Below, in pieces: positions 21,270 through 31,202 of a stretch of 64,000 nt of DNA. Made by a program: the position numbers and the translations under genes. The notes beneath the pieces are model-generated. The model did no database searches and had not been told where the DNA came from. It saw only the letters and a list, made by a program, of their open reading frames with translations. The DNA comes from Candidatus Moraniibacteriota bacterium (GTDB taxonomy: Bacteria > Patescibacteriota > Minisyncoccia > Moranbacterales > GCA-2747515), in assembly GCA_038208115.1 (NCBI GenBank), contig JBBQZC010000002.1, positions 55,233 through 119,232 on the forward strand. Direction: 5' to 3'. Within the stretch, counting starts at the first letter, position 1; every line of letters starts with the position of its first letter.

Positions 21270-21677
21270 TTAAAGCTTAAATTTCATTTCATTTTTCATT
21301 ATTCGCACTATATCATCTGTGGATGTCTTTACTTCACTTTTTGTTCCAAAAACTACAAGAATTTTTTCATCTTCAATATTAATACTCCTAATATTAATAA
21401 AATCTGTTGATTCGGCGATTGTGCTGTAATCAAATTCAAATGCAACTTGTTCCAATTTCTTTTTATCCGCATCGGAGATATCATCTCGTTTTATGACTGT
21501 TTTGAGTATTGTGAGGAAGTTTTCCTCTAGCTTTGGTGCGAGATTTCTGGCATGTATATGCACTAATGCATTACGAAAGATCTCTGCATATTGCGGTGCG
21601 ATATCATATTTTTTGGCGATCATGTCATGTTGTTTTGTGAGAGCTTCTTGTGTAAATGTGGTGAGTTCTTGGGTCAT
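21270..21677 (-). CDS. hypothetical protein
   Basis: 135-aa ORF, acidic, no recognisable domain. Confidence 0.4.
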   Translation of the reverse strand: MTQELTTFTQEALTKQHDMIAKKYDIAPQYAEIFRNALVHIHARNLAPKLEENFLTILKTVIKRDDISDADKKKLEQVAFEFDYSTIAESTDFINIRSINIEDEKILVVFGTKSEVKTSTDDIVRIMKNEMKFKL

Positions 21678-21728
21678 TTCCTTTTCCGGGAGAGTGTATT
21701 GTAATAAGAAAATATTATGAGATAATTA

Positions 21729-22217
21729 TCATTTTTGGACAGAATATGTTTTGCGAATCTCTACGCTACACCATAATATGGCCCATATTACGACTGGAAC
21801 AATACCCACCAAAAAATCATGTCTTGCTAGTGACACATGAATACCTGTAAATATAAAAGCAGGATATGCAAACAATTGTAGTTTTTTCCATCTGCTCTTG
21901 AAGTATATTTGTGATATGCGATTTGATGTAAAAAATGGGATGAGAAGTGCTAAAAGTGCAATATTGCCCCAGCCAAAGAGATTGGTGAAACTCCAAAATG
22001 TCCCGTCTAAAAAATATGTCGTAATAAGTTCACTGCCAATAAGATAGATCGTCACATGCAATAATGCAGCAAAACCACACGCAATACCCAAATGCTTTCG
22101 CAATGGCATCAACTGTCGCAATTTTTTCCAACCTGTAATCTTCGCAAGTGGTCGCATGTATAGAATAATGATAAGCAATATCCAACTTGCTTTGGCAAAT
22201 ATCAGATGACTGTCCAT
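21729..22217 (-). CDS. ferric-reductase-like transmembrane heme-b protein (MsrQ/YedZ-like)
   Basis: 162 aa; His pairs in RKHLGIACGFAALLHVTIYL and FTGIHVSLARHDF align with the heme-ligand helices of E. coli MsrQ ([39 protein letters not shown]). Confidence 0.5.
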   Translation of the reverse strand: MDSHLIFAKASWILLIIILYMRPLAKITGWKKLRQLMPLRKHLGIACGFAALLHVTIYLIGSELITTYFLDGTFWSFTNLFGWGNIALLALLIPFFTSNRISQIYFKSRWKKLQLFAYPAFIFTGIHVSLARHDFLVGIVPVVIWAILWCSVEIRKTYSVQK

Positions 22218-22290
22218 GATAGAAGTTTATTTACAAAAATTATTGATTTCCTTATTGAGATACCTCCATTTGTTGGCTATCTTCCATGTT

Positions 22291-23610
22291 CTATTCTAGA
22301 ATCGATGCATATTTTTGCTTATTCTCATCAAATGTTTTCATTTGATCATCTGTAAGTTTTGCACCCTTTGGTTGCACGAGTGTAAGCGGGTTGATTGGCG
22401 TGCCGTCGAGCTTCATCCCATAATCGAGATGTGGCCCCGTCGACCAGCCAGTTGATCCGACATACCCAATAACTTGGCCTTGTGCAACTTGCACACCGGA
22501 TGCAATGCCTTTTGCAAAAGCACTGAGATGACCATAATGTGTCGTATATCCATTGTCATGCGTCATACGGATCATATTACCCCAGCCACCAGCCCATCCT
22601 GCACTATTTACCGTACCTCGTGCTGATGCGACAACTGGTGTGCCTGTCGGCGCGGCATAATCGATTTGATAATGTGCAGAGACCTTTCTCGTGATTGGAT
22701 GCATTCGTGCGCCAGTAAATCCAGACGTGATGGCACGATAACTCAGAGGTGCCTTGAGAAATTGTCGCTCCAAAACGTGACCCTCTCCATCATAATATCC
22801 ACCATTACCATCTCCTGAATCAAAATAATATGCGTAGTGTGCCGTACCATCATTAACAAATTTTGCCGCCAAGATTCGTCCGTCTGGTGCCTCATGTCCT
22901 TCACGTTTTCTTTTTTCATATACAAAATCAAATTCGTCACCTTCACGTATCTCCGTCGTAAAATCAATACTAAAAGAAAATATATCTCCCACTTCCAAGA
23001 CAGTTGCCTCAGAAAGCCCTGCTTCCAGTGCATCTGCATAAAAGAAATTATCGATTGTACCTCGCGCAGTCTCTTGTGATACGTCATATGCGATTTTCTC
23101 TTCTCGTGCGACAAAATTATCACCACTTCTTTCTACGATAATGATCGATTCTGTATTGCGATCATATTCCATGCGTACTGCACGCGTATCAGTAGTAGCA
23201 AAATAAAATCGTAGTGGTTGTCCTATTTTGATATGTGTAAAATCAAAAACATCCTTTGCTGCTTCGAGAAGCGCCTCCGTATCATTTGCATCAAATCCTC
23301 CCTCACGACTGAACACGTCTGCTGGAATATCACCCTCTGCAATTATATGTGTTTTCCCCTCATCTTTTTTTTGTTGATTATCACTTAGCGATACATCTTG
23401 TGTTATATGTGTCTCATCGGGTGAAACATCAACGTCAATTAGCGATTTATGTGACGTGCATTTTTTTATACCCAAAACAACTAGCGCGATGATCACACCA
23501 TAAAAAATCCATTTTTTAATGGATCGTTTTTTCTTCGGCAGATTAGGTTGATGTTCCTGCCCATATTGTTTGCCATAACGATGTAGACGAGCGTATTGTT
23601 GTTTTTCCAT
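22291..23610 (-). CDS. M23-family metallopeptidase (LytM domain) with N-terminal membrane anchor
   Basis: 439 aa; C-terminal HYGHLS...GPHLDY M23 zinc-ligand motifs; N-terminal K/R-rich segment plus TM. Confidence 0.85.
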   Translation of the reverse strand: MEKQQYARLHRYGKQYGQEHQPNLPKKKRSIKKWIFYGVIIALVVLGIKKCTSHKSLIDVDVSPDETHITQDVSLSDNQQKKDEGKTHIIAEGDIPADVFSREGGFDANDTEALLEAAKDVFDFTHIKIGQPLRFYFATTDTRAVRMEYDRNTESIIIVERSGDNFVAREEKIAYDVSQETARGTIDNFFYADALEAGLSEATVLEVGDIFSFSIDFTTEIREGDEFDFVYEKRKREGHEAPDGRILAAKFVNDGTAHYAYYFDSGDGNGGYYDGEGHVLERQFLKAPLSYRAITSGFTGARMHPITRKVSAHYQIDYAAPTGTPVVASARGTVNSAGWAGGWGNMIRMTHDNGYTTHYGHLSAFAKGIASGVQVAQGQVIGYVGSTGWSTGPHLDYGMKLDGTPINPLTLVQPKGAKLTDDQMKTFDENKQKYASILE

Positions 23611-23745
23611 TATTGGTATTTATTGTTTTTTCAGAGTATTACAGAGCGTCATTATACCATGTACTACGCTATTTCTCCACTATTTCTTCCAAGAAACAGC
23701 ATCTTTTACATCAAAATCTCTTTATTTATGAGCAAAATTCAGTAC

Positions 23746-23774
23746 TTGACAAATTAATAAAATAGTTGTATAAT
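23746..23774 (+). promoter_or_regulatory. consensus sigma70 promoter
   Basis: TTGACA (23746-23751), 17-nt spacer, TATAAT (23769-23774); precedes the small gene at 23843 by about 70 nt. Confidence 0.75.
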
Positions 23775-23842
23775 ACAGAGAAGTGAATAAGCTGTTCTTT
23801 TTACAAAAATTTTATTCCACGCAATGTGGAAAGGAAAACACC

Positions 23843-24226
23843 ATGAAAAAAATAGTGATAATTGCAATGTTAATCTTGGCTATCAGTGGTGGCATCACAA
23901 ACTCAGCCTCAGCTCATGATCGACACAGGTATCATGACCACAGACAATTTGCCGACGTGTTTACGGGTGCGCTGATTGTGACTATGGTCGGCAATACGCT
24001 TGTACGACCATGCCCGCCTCCGCGTCATCAGTACCAGCAAGAAATTTATCTTGATAACAGGTACTCCGAAATCGAACAAGCGCGCATGGAAGGTTACCAG
24101 CAAGCACGGCAAAGAGAACTAGAGGAGCGAAGATGGCGAGCAGAAAATGCACGTCAGCAAGCATTGGAGAACGCTCGCAGAGAAGGTGAACTCCAATATC
24201 AGAACCGAAATTATCGTCGATGGTAG
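23843..24226 (+). CDS. small secreted His/Arg/Gln-rich protein (signal peptide plus Arg-rich helical C-terminus)
   Basis: ATG at 23843 preceded by GGAAAGGAAAACACC; MKKIVIIAMLILAISGGITNSASA signal; HDRHRYHDHRQF then ARQRELEERRWRAENARQQALENARREGELQYQNRNYRRW; GC about 50% versus about 33% in flanks, CGN Arg codons. Confidence 0.7.
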   Translation: MKKIVIIAMLILAISGGITNSASAHDRHRYHDHRQFADVFTGALIVTMVGNTLVRPCPPPRHQYQQEIYLDNRYSEIEQARMEGYQQARQRELEERRWRAENARQQALENARREGELQYQNRNYRRW

Positions 24227-24248
24227 GTCTGAAATCAAACCACCATCA

Positions 24249-24290
24249 CAAGAGCCAAGTGAATCGCAATGATTCCTTGGCTCTTTTTTT
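24249..24290 (+). terminator. rho-independent terminator
   Basis: 10-bp stem AAGAGCCAAG/CTTGGCTCTT followed by TTTTTTT. Confidence 0.8.
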
Positions 24291-24396
24291 ACTTTACAAC
24301 TTTCTACTTTCTACTGATCCACTATCCTCTAGTCGAAAATCTATTTTAATGATATGTTATCAATAGATATATTAATAATTTAAAAAATATTACTAT

Positions 24397-24543
24397 GGCA
24401 AAAAAGAAAAAAGCAGTCAAAAAAGCAGTCACTAAAAACAGTTTTTTACATGATGCAAAACCAAGCGCTAACCCGTTCCTCGCTGGAGGCAAAAAATCCG
24501 TATCACTGCCCCCACAAAGACGATTTAGTCGTACAAAATAATA
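24397..24543 (+). CDS. tiny lysine-rich ORF (48 aa), hypothetical
   Basis: MAKKKKAVKKAVTKNSFLHDAKPSANPFLAGGKKSVSLPPQRRFSRTK; no clear SD; followed by the terminator at 24619. Confidence 0.25.
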
Positions 24544-24618
24544 TTTTTGAAAAATGAACTTAAAAAAGACTCACGGTAAAGCACTGTGATTCTTTTAATA
24601 TATTTTAAAAAAAGTTAA

Positions 24619-24656
24619 GGTCACTTACATTATTTGCAAGTGACCCGTTTTTTTTC
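24619..24656. terminator. bidirectional rho-independent terminator
   Basis: Stem GGTCACTT/AAGTGACC (24619-24626 / 24638-24645) flanked by an A-run upstream and TTTTTTTT downstream. Confidence 0.7.
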
Positions 24657-24675
24657 ATACAATAACCCGTAAATA

Positions 24676-24834
24676 CTACCCTTTCAGATCATCACGTGCC
24701 TTTTCTTTCGTGTCGCCATAGCCTTTATTGCCATCCTCATCTTCTGCAATCCAGCCACTCGGTTTCTCAAGAATACCTCCGAGAATTGGTGGGGTGAGAT
24801 TTCTCTCATACTTTATGTCATCATCGTCAGCCAT
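24676..24834 (-). CDS. small acidic protein (about 52 aa), hypothetical
   Basis: ATG at 24834 preceded by GAGGTG SD; MADDDDIKYERNLTPPILGGILEKPSGWIAEDEDGNKGYGDTKEKARDDLKG; weak resemblance to UPF0150/HicB-like N-domains. Confidence 0.3.
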   Translation of the reverse strand: MADDDDIKYERNLTPPILGGILEKPSGWIAEDEDGNKGYGDTKEKARDDLKG

Positions 24835-25104
24835 AATACACCTCACTAGAAAGAACCTATTTCGAATAGCGGGTCGAAACATCCCGTGTGTTTCACCACT
24901 TGAAACACATATTGAATTTTTTTCATTATACACCTATGCAAATATTTGTCAATGATTGCTGACATTTTTATAAATTCTATTCAATTATCATTAATTTTTA
25001 ATGTGATTTTTAAAATCAAAATCAGTCATTACACATTTACAATTAATGATAATTTGTGCGAAATATTTCACGATTTGTATATTCACATTTTGCATCCATT
25101 GTAT

Positions 25105-25521
25105 TTATTCTTTCTTTTTCTGCATAATAGCAACGACACATATGGGGATGATAATCATTTGTAAAATAGGTGACAATCCCACATGCAAAAATGGGATAAT
25201 CGGCATCATCGGACCATATGACCATCTGCCAGCAACTAATGCATATTTTTCTATAAGAACTGCAAATATGAATCCAGTAATTGCAATTAGTAATATTCTT
25301 TTAAAATCAACTTTTCGATACATAAAAAAGTGTCCAAAAATAATTGATTCTAATAATAAAATTATGGATATGATCACAACATCACCCACGCTCGCTCTGA
25401 TGTGTACCATGATCAATCCCATCAGCCCCACATAATGTGGTCTGTACAAAAACGCTTGTGCAATCTCCCACACAAAATTCAATATAAATGCCAGTAGTAT
25501 GATATGCAAAATCTTTTTCAT
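25105..25521 (-). CDS. hypothetical polytopic membrane protein
   Basis: 138 aa, 4 hydrophobic helices with conserved-looking His/Glu/Trp positions. Confidence 0.45.
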   Translation of the reverse strand: MKKILHIILLAFILNFVWEIAQAFLYRPHYVGLMGLIMVHIRASVGDVVIISIILLLESIIFGHFFMYRKVDFKRILLIAITGFIFAVLIEKYALVAGRWSYGPMMPIIPFLHVGLSPILQMIIIPICVVAIMQKKKE

Positions 25522-25718
25522 ACATTCATTATACTAGACTATTTATTATTTACCCATTAAAATTATGTCGTATTGAATAATCGATTGGACGAAAATGCTA
25601 AAGGTATTGATAATTTCAGAAGCATGCGAGACTTATGGAGAAGATAAAAAAGTACACAAAAATTATTTATATTCTTTGACTCCGTCAGATCACACGATAT
25701 GATCTTTCGCGCGCGAGG

Positions 25719-26195
25719 ATGATTGATTCACTCGCACAATCAGTACTTTTTTTGACAGCACGCGGGTTTGGTTTCGGATCAATCTTTCAAAAATCTGGTG
25801 GTGAAAATTATATCCAATTCATCCCACAGAGCATCATCGCCATGAGCATGTCCCTCACTGTCATGTTTACTGGGTGTGAAGCGATTTATGACAGACAATT
25901 CGGATTTCTCAAAGAAACACTCGTAGCACTTGCATCTCGTTGGACGATTATATTCAGGAGAACCTTTGGTGGAGCGACTGTCACTGCATTACAAGACACG
26001 ATTGTTTTTTTGATTGCACTATTGATCAGCTTTCGACCAGAGAACTTCTCTACTGTTCCGATAGTAATCATCTACATGATATTAGTTGCTAAACTTTTTA
26101 CAACATTTAGCACCGTCATCTCTCATATGGCATTGACGGCATCCACGATGTTCTTTCTGAACACATGCATTTCAATTTACAGATTGATCTGGTAA
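25719..26195 (+). CDS. membrane protein, possibly a truncated ABC-2-type permease
   Basis: 158 aa; YDRQFGFLKETLVALASRWTIIFRRTFGGATVTALQ resembles the ERExGTLExLLvsP motif region of ABC-2 permeases; no ATPase partner nearby. Confidence 0.3.
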   Translation: MIDSLAQSVLFLTARGFGFGSIFQKSGGENYIQFIPQSIIAMSMSLTVMFTGCEAIYDRQFGFLKETLVALASRWTIIFRRTFGGATVTALQDTIVFLIALLISFRPENFSTVPIVIIYMILVAKLFTTFSTVISHMALTASTMFFLNTCISIYRLIW

Positions 26196-26307
26196 TATTA
26201 TGTGTTTATACAAGTTTTATTTTAATCATTGGCAGTTACCTCTTTTCCAAAATTGAAGTTTAAGAATTTTCTTGAAAAATATGATAATTTAGCTTACAAT
26301 ATCAGTA

Positions 26308-28662
26308 ATGAAGCTTGAAATAAAATTTTTAGTAACACTTTGTCTGCTCGCTGTTGGAATTGGAAGCGCAACATATTATGTGAGTCTGATAAACATACAT
26401 AAGTTGTCACAACAACAAGCTCTTGAATATGCAGATAGTATCGAAAAAAAATTTGAAAATCTTAAAGAGCAAGACATCCGGATGTTGTCACTGGGAATTA
26501 GTTTTTTTATAGCCGATGCAGACATAAAAGACGTTTTTTTGACCAAAGATCGCGATCAACTTTACCAAAAAACATATTCAATCTTTAAAGAAATTCAAAA
26601 AAATTATAATGTAACACATTTCAATTTTATTTACCCTGATGGTACTGTTTTTTTACGTCTTCAAGATCCTTCCACATTTGACGACATAATCAGTCGTCAA
26701 TCTTTTCTTGATGCTGTTTCATCTCACAAAATTGAAAGCAGTTTAGAACTGGGGAAAAATTCATTTGCATTGCGTACTGTCTCACCATATTACAACGATG
26801 ATCACTTACTTATTGGCTATGTAGAACTCGCAAGAGAAATGGGAAATTTCTTAGAATCATTAAAGTATGAAACTGGTGATGAATTTGTCATATACGGCAA
26901 AAAATCATTCCTCAAGTATGATGATTACATTGCGAGCATAGAAAGAAAAAACATTTCAACCACGTGGGATGAGTTTCCAGAAGATGTATCATTAGCTACG
27001 ACCACCTCATCAGATATCATGTCAGAATGTCTCAGCAAAACCAGTATCTCAGACCTCACCCAGAAAGATTCATCATATAAAGAGGTCCAGACTGCAAATC
27101 ACACATTTCTTTGTACCGGATTCTCTGTAAGAAATTCCAAAGATCAAATCATTGCAACAATTATTACTGCGCATGATATCACGTCAATCATTTCTACAAA
27201 TAAAAAAATATTCTTTATTCAGCTGTTTGTGATTACAATTATATTTATTATTTTTGTGATTATTTTTTACATATTATTACGCCATTTTGTCATTCGCCCA
27301 GTACGTGAACTGACTACCGCTTCCGCATCAGTCGCACTGGGACATTTTGACTATAAAACATCCTACTCGTCGTCAGATGAAATTGGTGAACTTTCCGCAT
27401 TATTTAACACAATGCTCCAAAAACTCAAAAATTATCAGGATGAGCTCACTAAAGAATCTCAAAAATTGCAAATGCAAGTAAAAGAAATCACATCAAAAAA
27501 TCAGCAAATTGATGTAGGCCAACATGCAACAGTACGCGCACTCGATGAAGCCAAAACAGCAAAAATACTGTCTGACGTACTTGCACACGATCTCGAAAAA
27601 TTCAAGTTAGCCGCTGATAGTACATCTGATTTTATTGTAATTACAGATTCTGATGGCAAAATCATATATGCCAATACTGCAGCGGAAAAAATAAGCGGCC
27701 TCACTCATAAGGAAATTTTTGACACTAATCACGCTGTGCAATATTTCTGGGGAGGATACACAAACAATGACGCGTATCAGAATATGTGGAAAACAATTAA
27801 GATAAAAAAAGAACCGTTTTCTGGAAGCATCAAAAATACGACAAAGTACAATACTGAATATTATGCAAAAATTTCAATTGCACCAATACTTGATGCATTA
27901 CACAATGTGATATTTTTTGTTGGAATTGGCAAAGATATTACTCAAGAAAAAGAAATAGACATGGCAAAAGATAATTTCATATCTCTCGTATCTCACCAGT
28001 TGCGGACGCCTCTCACGTCCATCAAATGGCTGATTGAACTTCTTCTTGATCCTAAAACCGGCAAATTAACCAAAAAGCAAAAGAAATTTCTTGATGCTAC
28101 GCACACATCCGCCAATCGACTTGCATTGCTTATAAGCGATATTTTGAGCATTAATCGTATCGAGATGGGTCGCATAACAATTATATTAACTCCTACAAAT
28201 ATTATTTCACTCACAAATGACATTATTTCAGAAATGGCACCGCAGTTCAAAGAAAAATTTCTCATACTTACTACACAGTACGAAGAAAATGTCCCGTTGA
28301 TTAGCACTGACCCCGTGCTCATTCGTCAAGTAATCATGAATATTTTTTCCAATGCAATAAAATACACACCAGAAAATGGCACAATAAAATTTTTAATAAA
28401 AAATGCTGATATGAATAATATAGAAATCAAAATTTCCGACTCAGGTATCGGTATTCCTTTTGAAGAACAAAAAAAGATTTTTGAAAGATTTTTTCGTGCA
28501 ACAAATGTACAATCAAAATTTACTGAAGGTACAGGTCTAGGACTATTTATTGCAAAAATGATCGTAAACATGTGTGGTGGTACAATTGGTTTTCAATCAC
28601 AATTAAATCACGGCACAACTATATGGTTTACTCTGCCTATCAAAAACAAAAAACATAACTGA
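26308..28662 (+). CDS. sensor histidine kinase (extracytoplasmic Cache-like sensor, HAMP, PAS, HisKA, HATPase_c)
   Basis: 784 aa; TM1, about 270-aa periplasmic region, TM2, HAMP (IRPVRELTTASASVALGHFDY), coiled coil, PAS (FIVITDSDGKIIYANTAAEKISG), H-box SLVSHQLRTPLTSI, G-boxes GTGLGLFIAK. Confidence 0.85.
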   Translation: MKLEIKFLVTLCLLAVGIGSATYYVSLINIHKLSQQQALEYADSIEKKFENLKEQDIRMLSLGISFFIADADIKDVFLTKDRDQLYQKTYSIFKEIQKNYNVTHFNFIYPDGTVFLRLQDPSTFDDIISRQSFLDAVSSHKIESSLELGKNSFALRTVSPYYNDDHLLIGYVELAREMGNFLESLKYETGDEFVIYGKKSFLKYDDYIASIERKNISTTWDEFPEDVSLATTTSSDIMSECLSKTSISDLTQKDSSYKEVQTANHTFLCTGFSVRNSKDQIIATIITAHDITSIISTNKKIFFIQLFVITIIFIIFVIIFYILLRHFVIRPVRELTTASASVALGHFDYKTSYSSSDEIGELSALFNTMLQKLKNYQDELTKESQKLQMQVKEITSKNQQIDVGQHATVRALDEAKTAKILSDVLAHDLEKFKLAADSTSDFIVITDSDGKIIYANTAAEKISGLTHKEIFDTNHAVQYFWGGYTNNDAYQNMWKTIKIKKEPFSGSIKNTTKYNTEYYAKISIAPILDALHNVIFFVGIGKDITQEKEIDMAKDNFISLVSHQLRTPLTSIKWLIELLLDPKTGKLTKKQKKFLDATHTSANRLALLISDILSINRIEMGRITIILTPTNIISLTNDIISEMAPQFKEKFLILTTQYEENVPLISTDPVLIRQVIMNIFSNAIKYTPENGTIKFLIKNADMNNIEIKISDSGIGIPFEEQKKIFERFFRATNVQSKFTEGTGLGLFIAKMIVNMCGGTIGFQSQLNHGTTIWFTLPIKNKKHN

Positions 28663-28690
28663 TTACACTGTACTTCTATCAATTATTGTT

Positions 28691-29092
28691 CTAGTTGTTT
28701 TGATTTGGCTCACTTAATTTATTTTTCACTTTTTCCAACAGATCCTCCAATGTCCAATCAGCTTTGATGAGATAGTCCGACACACCTCTTCGCACTATGT
28801 CCCCGACTTTACCCGCTTCACTCAAGTTTGTAAGTATCATTACATCAATATCTTTTGTTAGATCATTTTTAGAAAGTTGATTTAATACTTCAAATCCATT
28901 CATCTTCGGCAGAATAATGTCCAGCAAAATAAGACTTGGTCTATTTTCCAAGGCGAGAGCCAATCCATTTTCTCCATTATCTGCAGTCAATACCTCAAAT
29001 CCTTCTCCACTAAATTTTTCTTCAAGAGCCATACGAAGAGATGCTTCATCTTCGATAATAAGAATTTTTTTCATCATACTGTTACATATCAT
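28691..29092 (-). CDS. single-domain response regulator (CheY-like receiver)
   Basis: KKILIIEDE...LILLDIILPKMNGFEVL...MILTNLSE receiver motifs; real start probably the MMKK ATGs at 29074-29077. Confidence 0.8.
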   Translation of the reverse strand: MICNSMMKKILIIEDEASLRMALEEKFSGEGFEVLTADNGENGLALALENRPSLILLDIILPKMNGFEVLNQLSKNDLTKDIDVMILTNLSEAGKVGDIVRRGVSDYLIKADWTLEDLLEKVKNKLSEPNQNN

Positions 29093-29167
29093 TCTTAAAT
29101 ATTACCATAAGCACATTATACTATGAAAGCCCTGCTTTGTCTTTTTCAATAATTTGCATACTCCTTT

Positions 29168-30340
29168 TTACATACCTTTTAATGCATCAAATTTTTGCTT
29201 ATCACGTGAAAAATTGTCTTCCAATTTTTGTACGATGTTAGCGTTTCTTTTCCAATATTCCTGATCTGCATATAATTCACATTTTGCACCAGATAATTTG
29301 CTACTATGGATATCTAGCATCATTACAGCCTCTTCCTTTCGTAGCATGGTCATACATTGATTGTATTGACTCATAACACTACTCATATCATAAATCTGTT
29401 CGACAGTCCGTCCAATCTGATAATGTGCCTTTTTCAAAGCATTTTCATGTTTTTGAAAAACCATTTCAAATTCCTGTGCATTTTTTACTGAGAAATAATC
29501 GCCACCACCTGACTCAGCAATATTTTTCAGTTCTTGTTCATCCGCACCGCCCACATCAAAACCGATGACATTTGCTGTTACATTTAAACCTGAATTCCTC
29601 AGACTTTTTATCATTTCCACTGGCTTTCCATCACACGTTTCTTTCCCATCTGACACAAGCAAGATAATATTTTTGCCATTAACTGGTATTTTTTCCATCA
29701 TCTTTCCAGCACTTTCCAAAGATTGTGCAATTGGCGTCCATCCTGTTGCATTAAATTGGTCGATCTTTGTCTTTGCAATATGTGCATTTACAGGACCTAA
29801 ATAATACAAATCCTCAATTCCAGCACACGAAAGCGCTTTTTGACTTTGATTATTTCCTCCCTTATGTCCATAAACAATGATACCTAAATTAAGTAATTTA
29901 TCACCGCCTAATTGATCGATGTATTTTTTAGTGGCTTCCTTCGCTATATCAATTTTTGACCGACCATCAATCTGTTGTGCCATACTCCCTGATGAATCAA
30001 AAATAATCACAAGGTTATTTTTTATTTCAGTTGCAGATACGTCATCATAACTTCCTTCACGAATAGCACTCTGTGTGCATTCAGAAAAATCAAAATCATT
30101 CATTGCCAATACATTTTCATATGCTAGTTGGCATTCTGGATTTGCAACTGAGCTCATCGATGATTTCGCCTGCTCTGACACATCACTCTCATCAAATTTT
30201 TCCATAAATGATGTGAAAAAAGTTTTTTTACCGCTATCACCATCTTTATTATTTGTCATATAAAAACCGATACCCATGAAAATCGTGACGATTCCAATAA
30301 ATCCAATAATAATATAAGTGATAAAATTTTTTTTCTCCAT
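29168..30340 (-). CDS. membrane-anchored von Willebrand factor A (VWA) domain protein, paralog 1
   Basis: 390 aa; N-terminal TM; MIDAS motif LVIIFDSSGSMAQ...SKIDIAKEA...TGWTPIAQSL...LLVSDGKETC. Confidence 0.8.
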   Translation of the reverse strand: MEKKNFITYIIIGFIGIVTIFMGIGFYMTNNKDGDSGKKTFFTSFMEKFDESDVSEQAKSSMSSVANPECQLAYENVLAMNDFDFSECTQSAIREGSYDDVSATEIKNNLVIIFDSSGSMAQQIDGRSKIDIAKEATKKYIDQLGGDKLLNLGIIVYGHKGGNNQSQKALSCAGIEDLYYLGPVNAHIAKTKIDQFNATGWTPIAQSLESAGKMMEKIPVNGKNIILLVSDGKETCDGKPVEMIKSLRNSGLNVTANVIGFDVGGADEQELKNIAESGGGDYFSVKNAQEFEMVFQKHENALKKAHYQIGRTVEQIYDMSSVMSQYNQCMTMLRKEEAVMMLDIHSSKLSGAKCELYADQEYWKRNANIVQKLEDNFSRDKQKFDALKGM

Positions 30341-30358
30341 ATATATAAATTTTTTTAA

Positions 30359-31030
30359 TTAAAATTCATTATCAGTATCACCACTATCCCACTTTTCCCC
30401 ATCTGCAGATATATATTCAATACTGCTATCATCACCCTCCCAAGAGTCTCCCTGGATATTTTTATAATTGATAGTTTGTCCATCATTAGCACTCTCCCAT
30501 TGCTCTCCATCCACACTCTCATATATTATTACTTGTCCGGTATTACTGCTTTCCCAACGATCACCTCGTGTATTTTTATATTCAATCACCTGTCCAGTAT
30601 TACTACTTTCCCATAATTCTCCATCTACACCAGCATATGTCAGAACTTGCCCACTATTAATATTTGTCCAACTATTTCCTTTTTTATCTATCACATCTGC
30701 ATCCGAATCAGATTTATCAAGCGTCCATTTTTCACTAGAATTTTTTCCAACAAACGAAATGTCCATCATATCTTCACTCCAGCACCCTCTTTCTGAACAA
30801 TATTCACGATCATGATTTTCAAAATCTGTGAGATGTGCAGATTTTCTTTCTACATCCCATAGCTTAAATTTTGCATCCCACGCTTCTATCACATCTTTCC
30901 ATCCCAGATTTTCCATTTCTGTTTTTGTTTCATTGCCAGCATATTTCCCCGTTGTAGCGAAGACGTTACCCCACAGCAATGTGAGCATCAAGATGAAAAA
31001 TCCAATTATCACTTTTTTATTTTTGATCAT
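30359..31030 (-). CDS. secreted acidic protein with about 20-aa tandem Trp repeats (WESSNTGQVIxY...GD)
   Basis: 223 aa; signal peptide; five repeats of the form W-E-S-[SA]-N-[TD]-G-Q-[VT]-I-x-Y-x4-G-[DE]; acidic C-terminus WDSGDTDNEF. Confidence 0.6.
   Translation of the reverse strand: MIKNKKVIIGFFILMLTLLWGNVFATTGKYAGNETKTEMENLGWKDVIEAWDAKFKLWDVERKSAHLTDFENHDREYCSERGCWSEDMMDISFVGKNSSEKWTLDKSDSDADVIDKKGNSWTNINSGQVLTYAGVDGELWESSNTGQVIEYKNTRGDRWESSNTGQVIIYESVDGEQWESANDGQTINYKNIQGDSWEGDDSSIEYISADGEKWDSGDTDNEF
30362..30680 (-). repeat. tandem 57-60 bp coding repeats
   Basis: DNA periodicity matching the 19-20-aa protein repeats. Confidence 0.6.
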
Positions 31031-31147
31031 TATTGAAGTATTTTATTGATTACAGTTTTTAAGAAAAATGAATCTCTCATATATTCTTTTATATCTATAT
31101 TATTTCACATCTGCTTTTAATTGTAAAAGAGGACATACATGATTTTC

Positions 31148-31186
31148 GATTAAAAAACGACATTATCATTATAATAATGTCGTTTA
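31148..31186 (-). terminator. rho-independent terminator downstream of the archaemetzincin gene
   Basis: Perfect 12-bp stem AAACGACATTAT/ATAATGTCGTTT (31154-31165 / 31173-31184); minus-strand T-run (plus AAAAAA 31151-31156). Confidence 0.7.
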
Positions 31187-31202
31187 CTTCACAAAATCAA
31201 AC

